A DNA stretch of 64,000 bases from the human T2T-CHM13v2.0 reference genome, Homo sapiens: assembly GCF_009914755.1 (NCBI RefSeq), contig NC_060927.1; one strand, given 5' to 3'. Below the pieces are notes generated by a model. It saw nothing but the letters and a program-made list of their open reading frames with translations. It was not told the origin of the DNA and did not search any database. Below, one piece after another: positions 38,076 through 51,843 of this stretch (positions are counted from its first letter, which is position 1; each line of letters starts with the position of its first letter). Both the position numbers and the translations under genes were made by a program.

Positions 38076-39658
38076 GGAAGTGCAAAACTATTATTCCTCA
38101 TTCTAAGGAACTTTGTACTGCGAAAACAATGCATTGCAAAAATTGTAAAAAGTGGCCCTTTACTTGTTAAAGGGTCACGTGAATTAATCAGAGGGGCCTA
38201 TGGGATAAATGTCACGCTGCTCTATGGTGCAATGCCAGTAAGCTTTTGGCCATTTCAGCACCTGTGGGTTTTGCCGTCCTAATTTCAAGGTTAGGCATAA
38301 AAGTAAGTCTCACAATGTTTTATAAGAGTACCTTTCTGCTGGTTTCTTAACCATATTTTACTGCTGCCAAATAACCATACCTTCTCCTCATCTCCTTCTC
38401 ATCATAAGTACATGATACCATTGTTGAAATTCCACGATGTTTATGCTCTCATTTTTGAAAAATTTAACCTTGGTCTTAGACATTAGTTATTTCCATGAAA
38501 AATGTGACATGCATTTTAGGAATACCTAGATAGATTTAGGGATGATGTATTGCACATTCACCCTCATTTACTATTCAGCTTTACTTGCTATTTAATTCTC
38601 CTGTCACTACCAAATACTTTGGGGGACTAGGACTATGCTATTTTTGTGATCATTTCACATTTTATATCAATCCTCCTGCCCTTATGTATCATGTCTCATG
38701 TTTTTATTACATCTTATCAGACCCAATCTTGTCACAGAATGTTTCATTTTCTGCTATAACTAAGATTTACTGTACCTAAGGGTTCTCAAATTTTAGAGCC
38801 TATTTCATTTTAATTTTGTGTCATTTTTTGAAATGAACTCCATAATGCATTTGTAGCTTTGACTTGCCTCAAATTGAGGTTTGTCATTAATTTGCTTTTG
38901 AAACCGATCCCAGCTTATCTAATACCAAGTAAACCGTTATTTGAACAGAAAATTGGAATATCTTATTTGTGTCCTAAAAGCAAAATCTTTGTTGTCAAAG
39001 GGGAAAATAATATCAGGTGCCAAAGGAAATCATGTTTTGATGTCAACTGGGGTCCTGTTCCTCAAACACAATAGAAACTCAACTTTTGTTTGAATTAATT
39101 CTTTCCAGTTTTTTTATAGGACTAGCTTCCTTATTGGTCTCTAAATTACTCTGGGTCAGAAGAGTGGTTCCCCTGAAGTGAGGAACTGATAAAATGAGAC
39201 TATTTATCGATTTAATGGATATATTTTTAGGTATGTTTTTAAGGCCCTTGTGGAAATAATTGCCAGTGAAGGTGCTGTTTTTAACTAACATAAGGAGACA
39301 TAAGAGTCACCGGCTTTAAAACAGTGGTGAACTTTAAAAGGAGACAAACCTTGAGGAAAAACCATCATATTCACAATAGGCCTTTTCCTTTTTGACCTCA
39401 AGACTCTATTTCTAGGAATAATTAGAGAAACACCCAAAGATGTATTAAAAAGTAGGATTATTGCGGTCTTACTTATATAGCAAATACACTAGAAACAATG
39501 AAAATATCTAATGACAGCAAACTGATAAAATATGGATTTCCAATAGTAAGCTCTGCAGTCTTTAAAAATTATGAATTTGATGATAGGTAATAATCTGGAA
39601 AAAGGTACACAAAATTCAAGTAAAAATATACAACTTAAAAAAAAAAGTAAAACTATTA

Positions 39659-40695
<1,037 letters not shown>

Positions 40696-41599
40696 TGTAT
40701 TTTTGTGCAGAGAAAAAAAGAGGGAAAAAAATACCCCATAATGACGGTAAGGGTGTACAATAGCTGGTGGAATTAGGGGAAAATTTTATATACTTTTTTA
40801 TAACATTTTGGTTAAAATAATTTTTTTCTTCGTCTTTTTTTAACGAGAAGAGATTTTACCAAAATTCAGAGTGACTCTTTTCACTAGAATAAACTTAAAT
40901 CTTGGCTAACAACAAAGATAAAAGGCAGAAAACAAAAGGTTGTGACCACCAAAGATTCATTATGTTGTACATTTGCTTTCTGTTTAATATTGATTTCATC
41001 TCCCTATGAGATCTCTGGGTTTATTTTATTATTTTTTCTCACACATCCGATCAGAACGGAACCTCCATTTCCCTAGAGAGAATCATGTTGTGTCGACCAA
41101 CCATCTGTGTCAGAGAGCAGAGGAATCTGGGACTTTTAAACAGTCGTCGTGTAGGCTACAGATGGGTAGTAGCAACATGAAATTCTCAGTCCATTTAAGG
41201 CAGCTGGCACAGGCAGGTCCTTCTTTGTACCTTAGCCACATCAATAGTAAAGTGGCATCATCTGTGAACCTAGAGTTTTCCGAGATGTCTTGAAAGCATC
41301 ATTCTTAACTGCGTGTAGCCCATCAAGTGAAATTGACATGAAAGTACGCACAATTGTTGACGCAAATTCCCTCAGCAATGTTATATGTTGTAAGCTGTTA
41401 ATACTACCTTTTAGATCCAATCTCCCACCCCATGGGGACTCCCCAGTGGCTCCGCTGCACCTGCAAGGATTCACAGTCCATCACTGGCAAACTCTCCTGT
41501 TGCGTTAACCTCTCATACTCTACCTGAAGCCTGCCATCCACTGGGTCCAGCCACCTCCTCTGTAGCCTTTTTCATTGGTGGCTGTTTTTCCTTCTTCTT

Positions 41600-42550
41600 C
41601 TTTCACAGCCTAAGACCTGCAAGTAAATGGGTTTCCTTCTTCCTTCTCACTGCAGCAAAACCATGTTTCCTGTTCCTCCCTCTGTTTTTGGTTAAGGGAG
41701 TGTAATTCCACACCTTCTCCCGTTCCTGGTGACAGAAATCTCCCCTCCACAGCATGTTATCAGAGGCTTCCACAGTCAGCCCTCACATGTTGTTCCCTTC
41801 TGATCCAGCACAGATTTCAAGGCCTATCAGAATAAGCATTTGTTTGCACATACCCGCCATTCCTTTGCACCACCTCTGTTGAGTTTGGCCAAAAAGATAT
41901 CAACCCTCACTACATCTACACGTCTACCTACTCTGCGTCTACAGTTGAGGAGCCAATGTGGCTGGTGGATGCCATTTAAATTTACACCCTCAGACCTGAA
42001 CTGGGTTGTTAGCTGGCTTCTTACATTTTTCTGATTGCTTCCTGCTTTCAGAGATAACAGATTTATATCTTCTCTCTTGTCCTTCTTTGACTCACGTCAG
42101 TAGAGAAATAGTCATCTTATCTTACTTCATCTTCTGCGTCACTTCCTCCACTTCTGCCTCACTGTCCCTGAGGAGGGCACCTGTCCACCCTCCTATAATG
42201 ATGATGGATTTCTCCTTGCAACTAGGTAAGGGCAACATTAAATATAGTACTCCTATTCCATTTTGCTCATTCACGGACTTTCCTGGTGTCTCATTCTTGT
42301 ACAACCAATTATGCCTTTTAATCTAATGAACATGAAAAACAGTTCACGTATTTAAAATTAAATTCCATGCTAGGCCCCACAACCCCTTTCAACTATTATC
42401 TTATTTCATTCTTTTGTTTACAATAAAGTTTTTGAAAATGTCTGTACCTGCTTTCTCTATTTCCTCACCTCACCCCTCCTTTGCTTCTCAATCCCCTCCT
42501 GACAATTTTGGCCTTCCCCACTCTACTGAAACCACTTTGACATGGTTAAG
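41600..42550 (+). mobile_element. L2 internal (ORF2) remnant
   Basis: TTCCTCACCTC...CTCAATCCCCTCC...CCCCACTCTACTGAAACCACT matches L2. Confidence 0.65.
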
Positions 42551-43184
42551 GAATAACAATGTTTTAAGAGAATAGGAAAAAGTATGATGCAGAAACTTTA
42601 GTCTTGAGTAGAAGTTTGTCCAGTGGTCTACTAGAACAATGCTCTTCTTTTCTTTTCCCATCACCTGGACAAGAAAGTCAAGATACTTTAAAATGTATAT
42701 TTTATTTGACCTAATAAAGGCAAAATAAAAATGAGTAGCTGGTACTCATTTGTTCGATACCTTGAGTTTCGTGGTAACAATTTGAAGAGGACCATAGTAT
42801 ACAAAGTAAAGATTACCAGAATTTAAAGTGTCCTATCACACTGACAATTTATAAGCAGAGATTTCTAAGTCTCAACATTATTAATAATTTGTGCAATCTA
42901 TTTTTTAATTTTGGAATTGTTTAATTTTAAATTATAGTAATATTCTATTTTATAAAATTTATATATTGCAAATAAGATGTTTTAATTTTATTTTATACAG
43001 ATTAAGAGATTCTATAGAATCTCTTATAGAATATTTCTCTGATCAAGAAATATTTTCATATACTGTTTTTAGACTTGGTATTGTTTTAACCTTTTTACTT
43101 TCTCCTAAATTTTGTGGATATACTTTTAATATTTTATTTAGCATTAATGTAAAATGTACTACTTCAAGTGTTTAGCATGAGCTT

Positions 43185-43292
43185 TGTTTTTCTTTTTCTT
43201 TCTTCATCTTCTTCTTTCTTCATCTTCTTCTTTCTCTTCATCTTCCTTCTCTTCTTTTTCTTCCCCTTCTCCTTCTCCTCCTCCTTTTTTTA
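43185..43292. repeat. (CTT)n-like polypyrimidine tract
   Basis: Seen directly. Confidence 0.93.
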
Positions 43293-43801
43293 GTGGAGGC
43301 AGCCAGGCTCGGAACATCAGCTAGCCTTTGCAGCTTGAGTAGCAGAGGCTGTAGCCACAGCATGATATGGGACTCCTGAAGTCATTCCCCATGTTTACTG
43401 CTTTTACTGAGTAATGTGGTCTAGCATGACCTTTATCCGAATTTTAAATAACTATTCCAAATGTTTTAGAAATTAGCAGCACTGAAGCAATATCCTGAAG
43501 CAACCTGGGTGTGTTTGTGTGTGTATTCATATTGAAAGCTTATTTCCCTATTACATTTTTTTAGATTTCAAATCCATTTATTGATTTGATTTTTCCAGCA
43601 GTATCAAATTGCTTCTTTTAATAATGGACCTGATGCATAAAAGATCACATATTGTGATACCTAGAATAAGTCTCAGAATTAATTTCACATCATAATTCTT
43701 ATTGGCTATGCAGTCATGGACAAGTCACTGAACATTAATTTCTTTATTAATATATCTGGGATAATTGTATCTTCGCTGTATGTTAAAACATGATAACATT
43801 C

Positions 43802-44115
<314 letters not shown>

Positions 44116-44500
44116 TTAATGGTTTTGTTTTTGCTGTTAGTAGTTTAAAAAAGAAAGCTCTCATAGAAGTTGTTTAAAGCTCCTCTGAATAAGTAATATA
44201 GTATGCGCTCACAATGTCACTACTAATTTTGACGTTTCATTTCCTACTCATTGATAGTTATCCGTGTTTTTTTCTTAGTTTTAGATGGCTCCATTTGTGA
44301 ATGTATTACAAACAGAAATACATTTTTATTTGAAATATCAGGGGTTATAATTTAATAACACCTTTATTACATCACTTAGAATTTCTTTTTACCATCTATG
44401 ATTGCCAACTTAAATTTTGGCCAGAAATCTTGGTTGTAAAACTCATTAAATTTTATTGTAATTTATGTGTGTGTGAATATTATTAAAACCTTATGTATGA

Positions 44501-44846
<346 letters not shown>

Positions 44847-45899
44847 TCATGGAAGTTTTTATAGCTTTGACTTATTTCATTTATTTTTGGCATTGCTAAT
44901 ATTTGGAGAGTGAAACCTTTTTGAAATTGACACTTTTGTCACATTACCACTATTTCTCTGTATTTTTGAAGTCGCTTATTTGATGACCACAAATTTTACA
45001 GGGTCCACCTTGAATTTCCTGCAGTCTCAAAATTTCTTACAGCCCTAATTCTTTTTATTGCTTATTACTATACAGATTTTGATTTAAGTATGGGTTATTT
45101 CCATTGTATTATTTCCTATAAGCAATGGTTTAGAGCTAGGTAACACACAAGCCTCTAACCAATTCAATAACACAATAGGAAAATTATATTTTCTTATTTG
45201 CTTTTGACAGCATGAGTACCTGCTGATATTTTCAATTTATTTGAATTTATTATCCTTTTATTCTTTTCTTCTCTCTTTTTCTGAACACACTTCCTTGTTT
45301 TTGCTGTGTATAATCTATTCACCTAGGCTCTACACTGTCACATATATTATTCCACATAAAATCATAGTGTACCGTATTACACACTAGGAGATGTGCAACA
45401 ATTTTCCTTCAAATTTAGAAACAATTTTCTATAATGCAGTTGAAGTTTACTCAAGCCAGATGTCACAGTGTAGCTAATAAATAACTACTATACCATAACA
45501 TTTCAGGAAAAAATTCATGTATGTAAACATCCTCAGGTAGAATACACATGGGAGTGGTCTAATAGCTAAACCACATAGTCTCCTAAACATTGTCTCTGCT
45601 GTAATTACTAAGATTTACTTTTACAGTATATATACCCATTTGATTTACTTTAAGCAATCATAAAAGAAGTTAATCATGACAGGTGTATGGGAAAAACAGT
45701 GCCTTCAAACAGTGTTTGTAGCAGTGTACACTGGCAAAATATTTTTTACAATTAGGAAAGACATAATAGATCCTTAAACCTTGTCAACACTTTGGCTTAG
45801 TGATTTTACTTCTGGAAAAATACATATAATTACATCTTTTTCATGTAAAAAAAATTAAACAGTAGATTCTTCTCAAGGTTGGTGGTTATGGGAGGTGAC

Positions 45900-46378
45900 A
45901 ATTGTAGCATATCATCTCCCGGCTTCAAGAGTGGGCCTGTGTTATACTAGTCATGAAACTTCAGCTTCGTTGACTATGCCAGTTGGTCCAGGGGCTGACC
46001 ACACAACCCATGACAAAGATCCAAAGGGCTTTTCATTCTGAAATAAGCACAGTAAATTTCTTTCTGCCCTGTGCAATTTCTGCCTTGTTCTTTAGATGGG
46101 AACCTACGGTTATAGCCACATGGGAATCATGAGAACTGACAGCCTGAGAGGCTAAATCCAAAAGACAGCCAGAAGCAGGGAAAAAAGAGAACAGTGATAA
46201 GACAGAAACAACAAGACAGAGACAGGAACGGAAACAGGTTGGATGGTGTTTTGTCTCTGAATCCAGCTCTACTGTGTTCTTTCTCTGGTGTATTATATTA
46301 ACCAATACACTCTCATTTTGCAAAAGCCAGTATAAGTTGGACTCATGTTTTTTTGCAACTATAGTATCTTGACAAATG
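45900..46378 (+). mobile_element. Old MaLR LTR (MLT1J/K-like)
   Basis: 3' end AACCAATACACTCTC...AAGCCAGT..AAGTTGG...TTGCAAC. Confidence 0.5.
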
Positions 46379-46719
46379 TGAGCTTTATAAAAACCTATAT
46401 AATAATGTTAAAATTTTTTATTATAGAACACTAAGTATAAAAATCATGATACAACATTTTATGTAGAACACTATTGCAGATGACCCAAAAGAGAAAACAC
46501 ACCAAAAAGAAATTATATACATAATACATAAAAAAGAAGAAAAATATGGAAATATAAAAATAGTTATTTTTGGATGGTAGGATCAAAAGAATTCATTTTT
46601 AAATTTTTTTCTGATTTTCTATTTTTTCACATTTTAATAATATGTAAAGTTATAAGTGGAAACAAAACTTTTTAAGTTATAATTTTCATTATAATAAAGA
46701 GATTTCTTTTTTCTAAAAT

Positions 46720-46860
46720 AATGGTTCTGAAACTTGGTACAGAAAAGAATTATCTAGAGCACACCAAATTCCTAGGCTCCATCCCAGCCTACTGAGTCAG
46801 AAATCCTAAAGTGGGGTCAAAGTATTTTCATTTCTTCCAAAGTTCTGAAGAACCTCTGGA
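46720..46860. mobile_element. MER5A fragment
   Basis: ATGGTTCTGAAACTTGG...CAGCCTACTGAGTCAGAAAT. Confidence 0.55.
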
Positions 46861-46879
46861 ACTAGAACCAAGATGGTAC

Positions 46880-47245
46880 AACATGACAGGTGGGGGTGTT
46901 GGACTGGGTATTTAACAGACCTGGATTTGAACTCCAGTTCTGCCATTGGTAACTGGATAATTTTCAAGGATCTTTTTATTTCCTCTAAGCCTTGACTTTC
47001 TTATCTCTAAAATGAGACTAAATAGATTTGATCATGATACGTTGTATACATGTATCAGAATATCACTGTGTACCCCATAAATACGTGCAGTTATGTGTCT
47101 ACTAAAAAAGGAAAAAAAAAATAGATAAAATGAGGCTAATTATTTTAATTGCCAGGGTAGATGAAGCACTGTTTATACAGCTTATACAGCACGTAGTATG
47201 ATGTCCAGGCACAGCATAAGCACTCGAGCATAATAATACATTATT
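46880..47245 (+). mobile_element. MIR interrupted by a tiny L1 insertion
   Basis: AGACCTGGATTTGAACTCCAGTTCTGCCA...TCTAAAATGAG. Confidence 0.7.
47022..47125 (+). mobile_element. ~100-bp L1MA 3' tip
   Basis: TATCACTGTGTACCCCATAAATA plus A tail; 14-bp TSD TAAAATGAGACTAA (47008-47021) / TAAAATGAGGCTAA (47126-47139). Confidence 0.85.
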
Positions 47246-48747
47246 TAAAAATAAAAAATAGATAAAACAAATTTAAAAATAGTAAATGTCATCATCATTA
47301 TTATTAACCTTCCATGATGATGACAAAAATTTATAGGAAAAAGGTTTTAATTACCCCAAGTCGATTTATATACCATTTTGAATTTCATGCCATTGATTGG
47401 GGGAAAATTTCCTATCATCTTCTACTCTCCAGGGTATACTTCCAAATGGCATAATTCTCTGTCATAAAATATTTCCAATTTTTCTTCAAATTTCAGTAGA
47501 AAGGGATTGAATTTGAAGAGTCATCACCGCAGTTCTGCTTTCATAAACAAAAGCAAACAAGCAAACAAAAATCACTACGAGTGTTTTGTAAAGGGAGAAA
47601 GGCACCAATAGATTATTAAAGTTGAATTACCAGGGCCATTTACGCTCATTCCCAGTGCCTGTGTCACACATAACCCCTGAAGAAGGAAAATAGCAATACT
47701 TAGTGAAGCAGGTAAACGGAATTTCCAGCCAAGGAGTTCAACAGACAATCTGAATTCTGGCTGGCCTTTTAACTCAGAGGTAATTACAGTAGATTTGGGG
47801 GCCTAAGCTTAGTTTGCAATATTTTTTTAACTGATATTATATTTTATGCAGGCCAAGTCAAACACTTGAAGGGCAGAGGGCAAGATGTAATTAAATTACT
47901 ACCTTATTTATGTTAATTATTCATTCTTATTAAATGAGGACAAAGATGTGAGTCTGTTTTGCTTGTTGCTGTTTTTATTGTTGTTTTTGTTTCTTGATGC
48001 CGCTGTACTACCAGCAGCTAAAGCAGTAGAAGGCTTAGAGTAGGCTTGCACTAAATGTGCTGGATATTGGATAGAAGCATAAATACCATCACGTATGCAA
48101 TGGCAGACTACAGATACCACCATCCTTATCTATCTACAACTGATCAGAAAACAAACAGAGACTAAAAAACAAACTAACAGATACAATCCTCAATCACAAA
48201 AATCACAAATGGTGAAGAAGGGGTGCTACGTGAAGAAAGGATCTGCCTGGTGTGCAGGAAGGTACCAAAGAGAAACACTGCAGCAGCCAAGGGCAGCAGA
48301 ACCTGGCGAGGACCAAACTCCAAAGCTCAGGAGCATGCCAAGGGGCCACACCTTTTCTGTTACAAAAGATCAGTACACACAGCTAGTACAGAGCTTTCTG
48401 GTTTGGTACCACAGAACTCTAGGGACTGGAGGGGTGCAGGGAATTGAATTAGGTGACACATGACATTTTTGCCAGGAGTAAGTCATCTGTGAGTCAAGGT
48501 CTAGAAGAAAGATTCAGAGTTGTTAGATGATCTGCAGCCATAACTCTCTAAAAGTTAGGGATAAACAGAAGGCTAAATCAATCCCTCCCACACACATACA
48601 CCCCCCTGTGTCGTGACGAACTCTGCTCTGAAGCAGAGAGACATTTTGCAGCTCTGTCCTCTCTCCATCATAAAGCCCAGAAAATAGCTGGTCCAGAAAG
48701 GGCTCACCTAATTCAAAGTGAACAATATTTGAAAAGGATGCACAATA

Positions 48748-49102
48748 TAGGCATGCACAGCATAATCATGTTTTTGTCAACTCTGGGCCACATATACAAC
48801 AGTGGTCCCATAACATAATACTGTATCATATTGTATTTTTATCGTACTTTTTCTATATTTATATGTGCTTAGATACACAAATCCTTACCATTGTGTTACA
48901 ATTAACTACAGTATTTTTACAGTAGCATGCTATACAAGTTTGCAACCTGTGAACAATAGCCTATCCCATACAGCCTAGGTGTATAACAAGCTATACCATC
49001 TAGGTCTGTATAAGCACACTCTATGATGTTTGCACAATGACAAAAATCACCTAACAATGCATTTCTCAAAATGTATCCCCATCATTAAGTGATACATGAC
49101 TG
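48748..49102 (-). mobile_element. Tigger3a (MER7A) DNA transposon
   Basis: GGTCCCATAA...TTACCATTGTGTTACAATT...CAGCCTAGGTGT...GCATTTCTCAAAATGTATCCCCATCATTAAGTGATACATGACTG. Confidence 0.85.
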
Positions 49103-50469
49103 CATCTGTGTAAATATATTATAAGAAAAGAGGAGGACTAGAACCAGAAAAACAAAAGTCAGAGACTACACATCAGAAAAATATTACCAGGGCCAGAGAA
49201 TCTCGTGTCCAAATGCATTTTCATGGATTTAAGTAATTTTAAAAAACAATCTTAAATTTTTTTAAAAAGAGTTCCTAAATTTAAAGAAATAAGAGTTCAC
49301 AGAGATATGGGCCAGGTAAGACATTAGAAATATGTTTCAATGGAAACAGATGAAAATTAAATTGGCAGACAGAGCCCAGTAAAGCAGTGAAAGACAAAAA
49401 TAAAACCATAGTATAAGTGAAGACTATATTAGAAAAAAGCAAAAACAAGTAACTTCAGGGACTGTTTAAAACAAAATAAAAATATGGAGAACAGGACAGA
49501 TTGAATAAAATTAACACATACACTAGAAACTAATAATGAATTAAGTAGGGTTAGAGGAAAAAAATGGATAGATCCTGAAAATTTAACCATGGAGGTGAAA
49601 GAAGTCTACACTGATGTCTGTAAAACATTGATAAAAGAAACTAAAGAAGACACAAGTAAATGGAAAGATAGTCTATGCTCATGGGATAAAATAACATTGT
49701 TTAAATGTCCATACTACCAAAAGCTATCTACAGATTCAATGCAATCCTTATCAAAATACCAATGACATTCTTCACAGATATAGTAAAACAAATCCTAAAA
49801 TTGACATGGAGTTATAAAAGATCCCAAATAGCCAAAGAAACCTTGAACAAAAACAACAAAGCTAGAAGCATCACATTACCTGAATTCAAAATATACACTA
49901 AAGCTATAGTAAAGAAAACAGCATGGTACTGGCTTAAAAGATAGACAAATAGACCAAAGGAACAGAATAGAGAGCACAGAAACAAATCTAGAAGCCAACT
50001 GATTTTTGACAAAGTTGCCAAGAATACACAGTAGAAAGTACAGTCTCTTCAATAAACAGTGCCTTGAAAAGTGGATATCTTCATGTAGAAGAACAAAGCT
50101 AGATTCCTATCTCTCAACAAACTCACACAAAACTCAGCTCTAAATGGATTCCGGACAGAAATGTAAGGTTCAAAACAATGAAACTACTTGAAGTAAACCT
50201 AGGGTAAATGCTTCATATTGGCCTGGGCAATTTGGAAAAGACCTTGAAAGTATAAGCAACAAAAGCAAAAATAGGCAGATGAGATTACATCAAACAACTT
50301 CTGCACAGCAAAGCAAACAGACAACAGAGTGAAAAGACAACCACAAAATGGAAGAAAATATTTGCAAACTATGCATCAAGAAGTTAATAACCAGAATGGA
50401 TAGGGAACTGAAACAACCCAATAGCAAAACAAAAATAATTATATTTAAAAATGGGCAAAAGACTTGAAT

Positions 50470-50786
<317 letters not shown>

Positions 50787-51549
50787 TCAAAAGAAGACAT
50801 ACGAATGGCCAATAAGTATATGAAAAAATGTTCAATATCACAAATCATTAGCAAAATCAAAACCACAATGAGATACCACCTCACACTTGTTAGAATGGCT
50901 ATCACCAAAAAGACAAACAATAACAAATGCTGGTGCAGATGTGGAGAAAGTGAAACTCTTACATGCTGTTAGTGGGAATGTAAATTAGTACAGCCACTAA
51001 GGAAAATAATAAGGAGAGTCCTCAAAAAAATTCAAAATAGAACTATCATGTGATCCAGTAATCCTGTTACTAGGTATATAGCCAAAGAGAATAGAATCAG
51101 CATCTCAAAGACATATTTGTTTTCCCATGTTTATTGCAGCAGTATTCACAATGGCCAATATATGGTAGCAATCTAAGTGTTCATTAAAGGGTGAATGAAT
51201 AAAGTAAATGTGGTATATATACACAATGGGCTACTATAATATTTGGTCAATAAAAATAATGAAGTTCTGTCATTTGCAGTAACATGAATGAAACCGGACA
51301 ATGTTATGCTAAGTGAAATAAGCCAGATACAGAAAGACAAATACCGCATGATCTCACCTATGTGCAGAATCTAAAGACGTAAGTCTCATAGTAGTAAAGA
51401 CTAGAATAATAGTCACCAAGGGCTGGGGAAGGGAGAGAGAAGGGGGAATAGGGAGAGATTGGTCAACGGGTACAAATTTATGGGTAGATAGATAGAATAT
51501 GTTCTGGTGTTCTATTGCACAGTAGGATGACTATGATTAACAATATTGT

Positions 51550-51843
51550 GGCCGGGTGTGGTGGCTCATACCTGTAATCCCAGCACTTTGGGAGGCTGAG
51601 GTGGGTGGATTACCTGAGGTCAGGAGTTTGAGACCAGCCTGGCAAACATGGCGAAACCCCGCCTCTACTAAAAATACAAAAAATTAGCCGGGCCTGGTGG
51701 CAGGCGCCTGTAATCCCAGCTACTTGGGAGGCTGAGGCAGGAGACTTGCTTGAACCTGGAAGGCGGAAGTTGCAGTAGCTGAAATTGCACCACTGCACTC
51801 CGGCTGGGCAACAGAGTGAGACTTTGTCTCAAAAAAAAAAAAA
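51550..51843 (+). mobile_element. AluSx inserted in L1MA, followed by (TA)/(TG) repeats
   Basis: Full dimer GGCCGGGTGTGGTGGCTC...GTCTC(A)n. Confidence 0.95.

Noticed and set aside
38210-38270. REST/NRSE-like sequence (TTCAGCACC)
   Set aside because: Only the left half-site is present; the GGACAG half is missing
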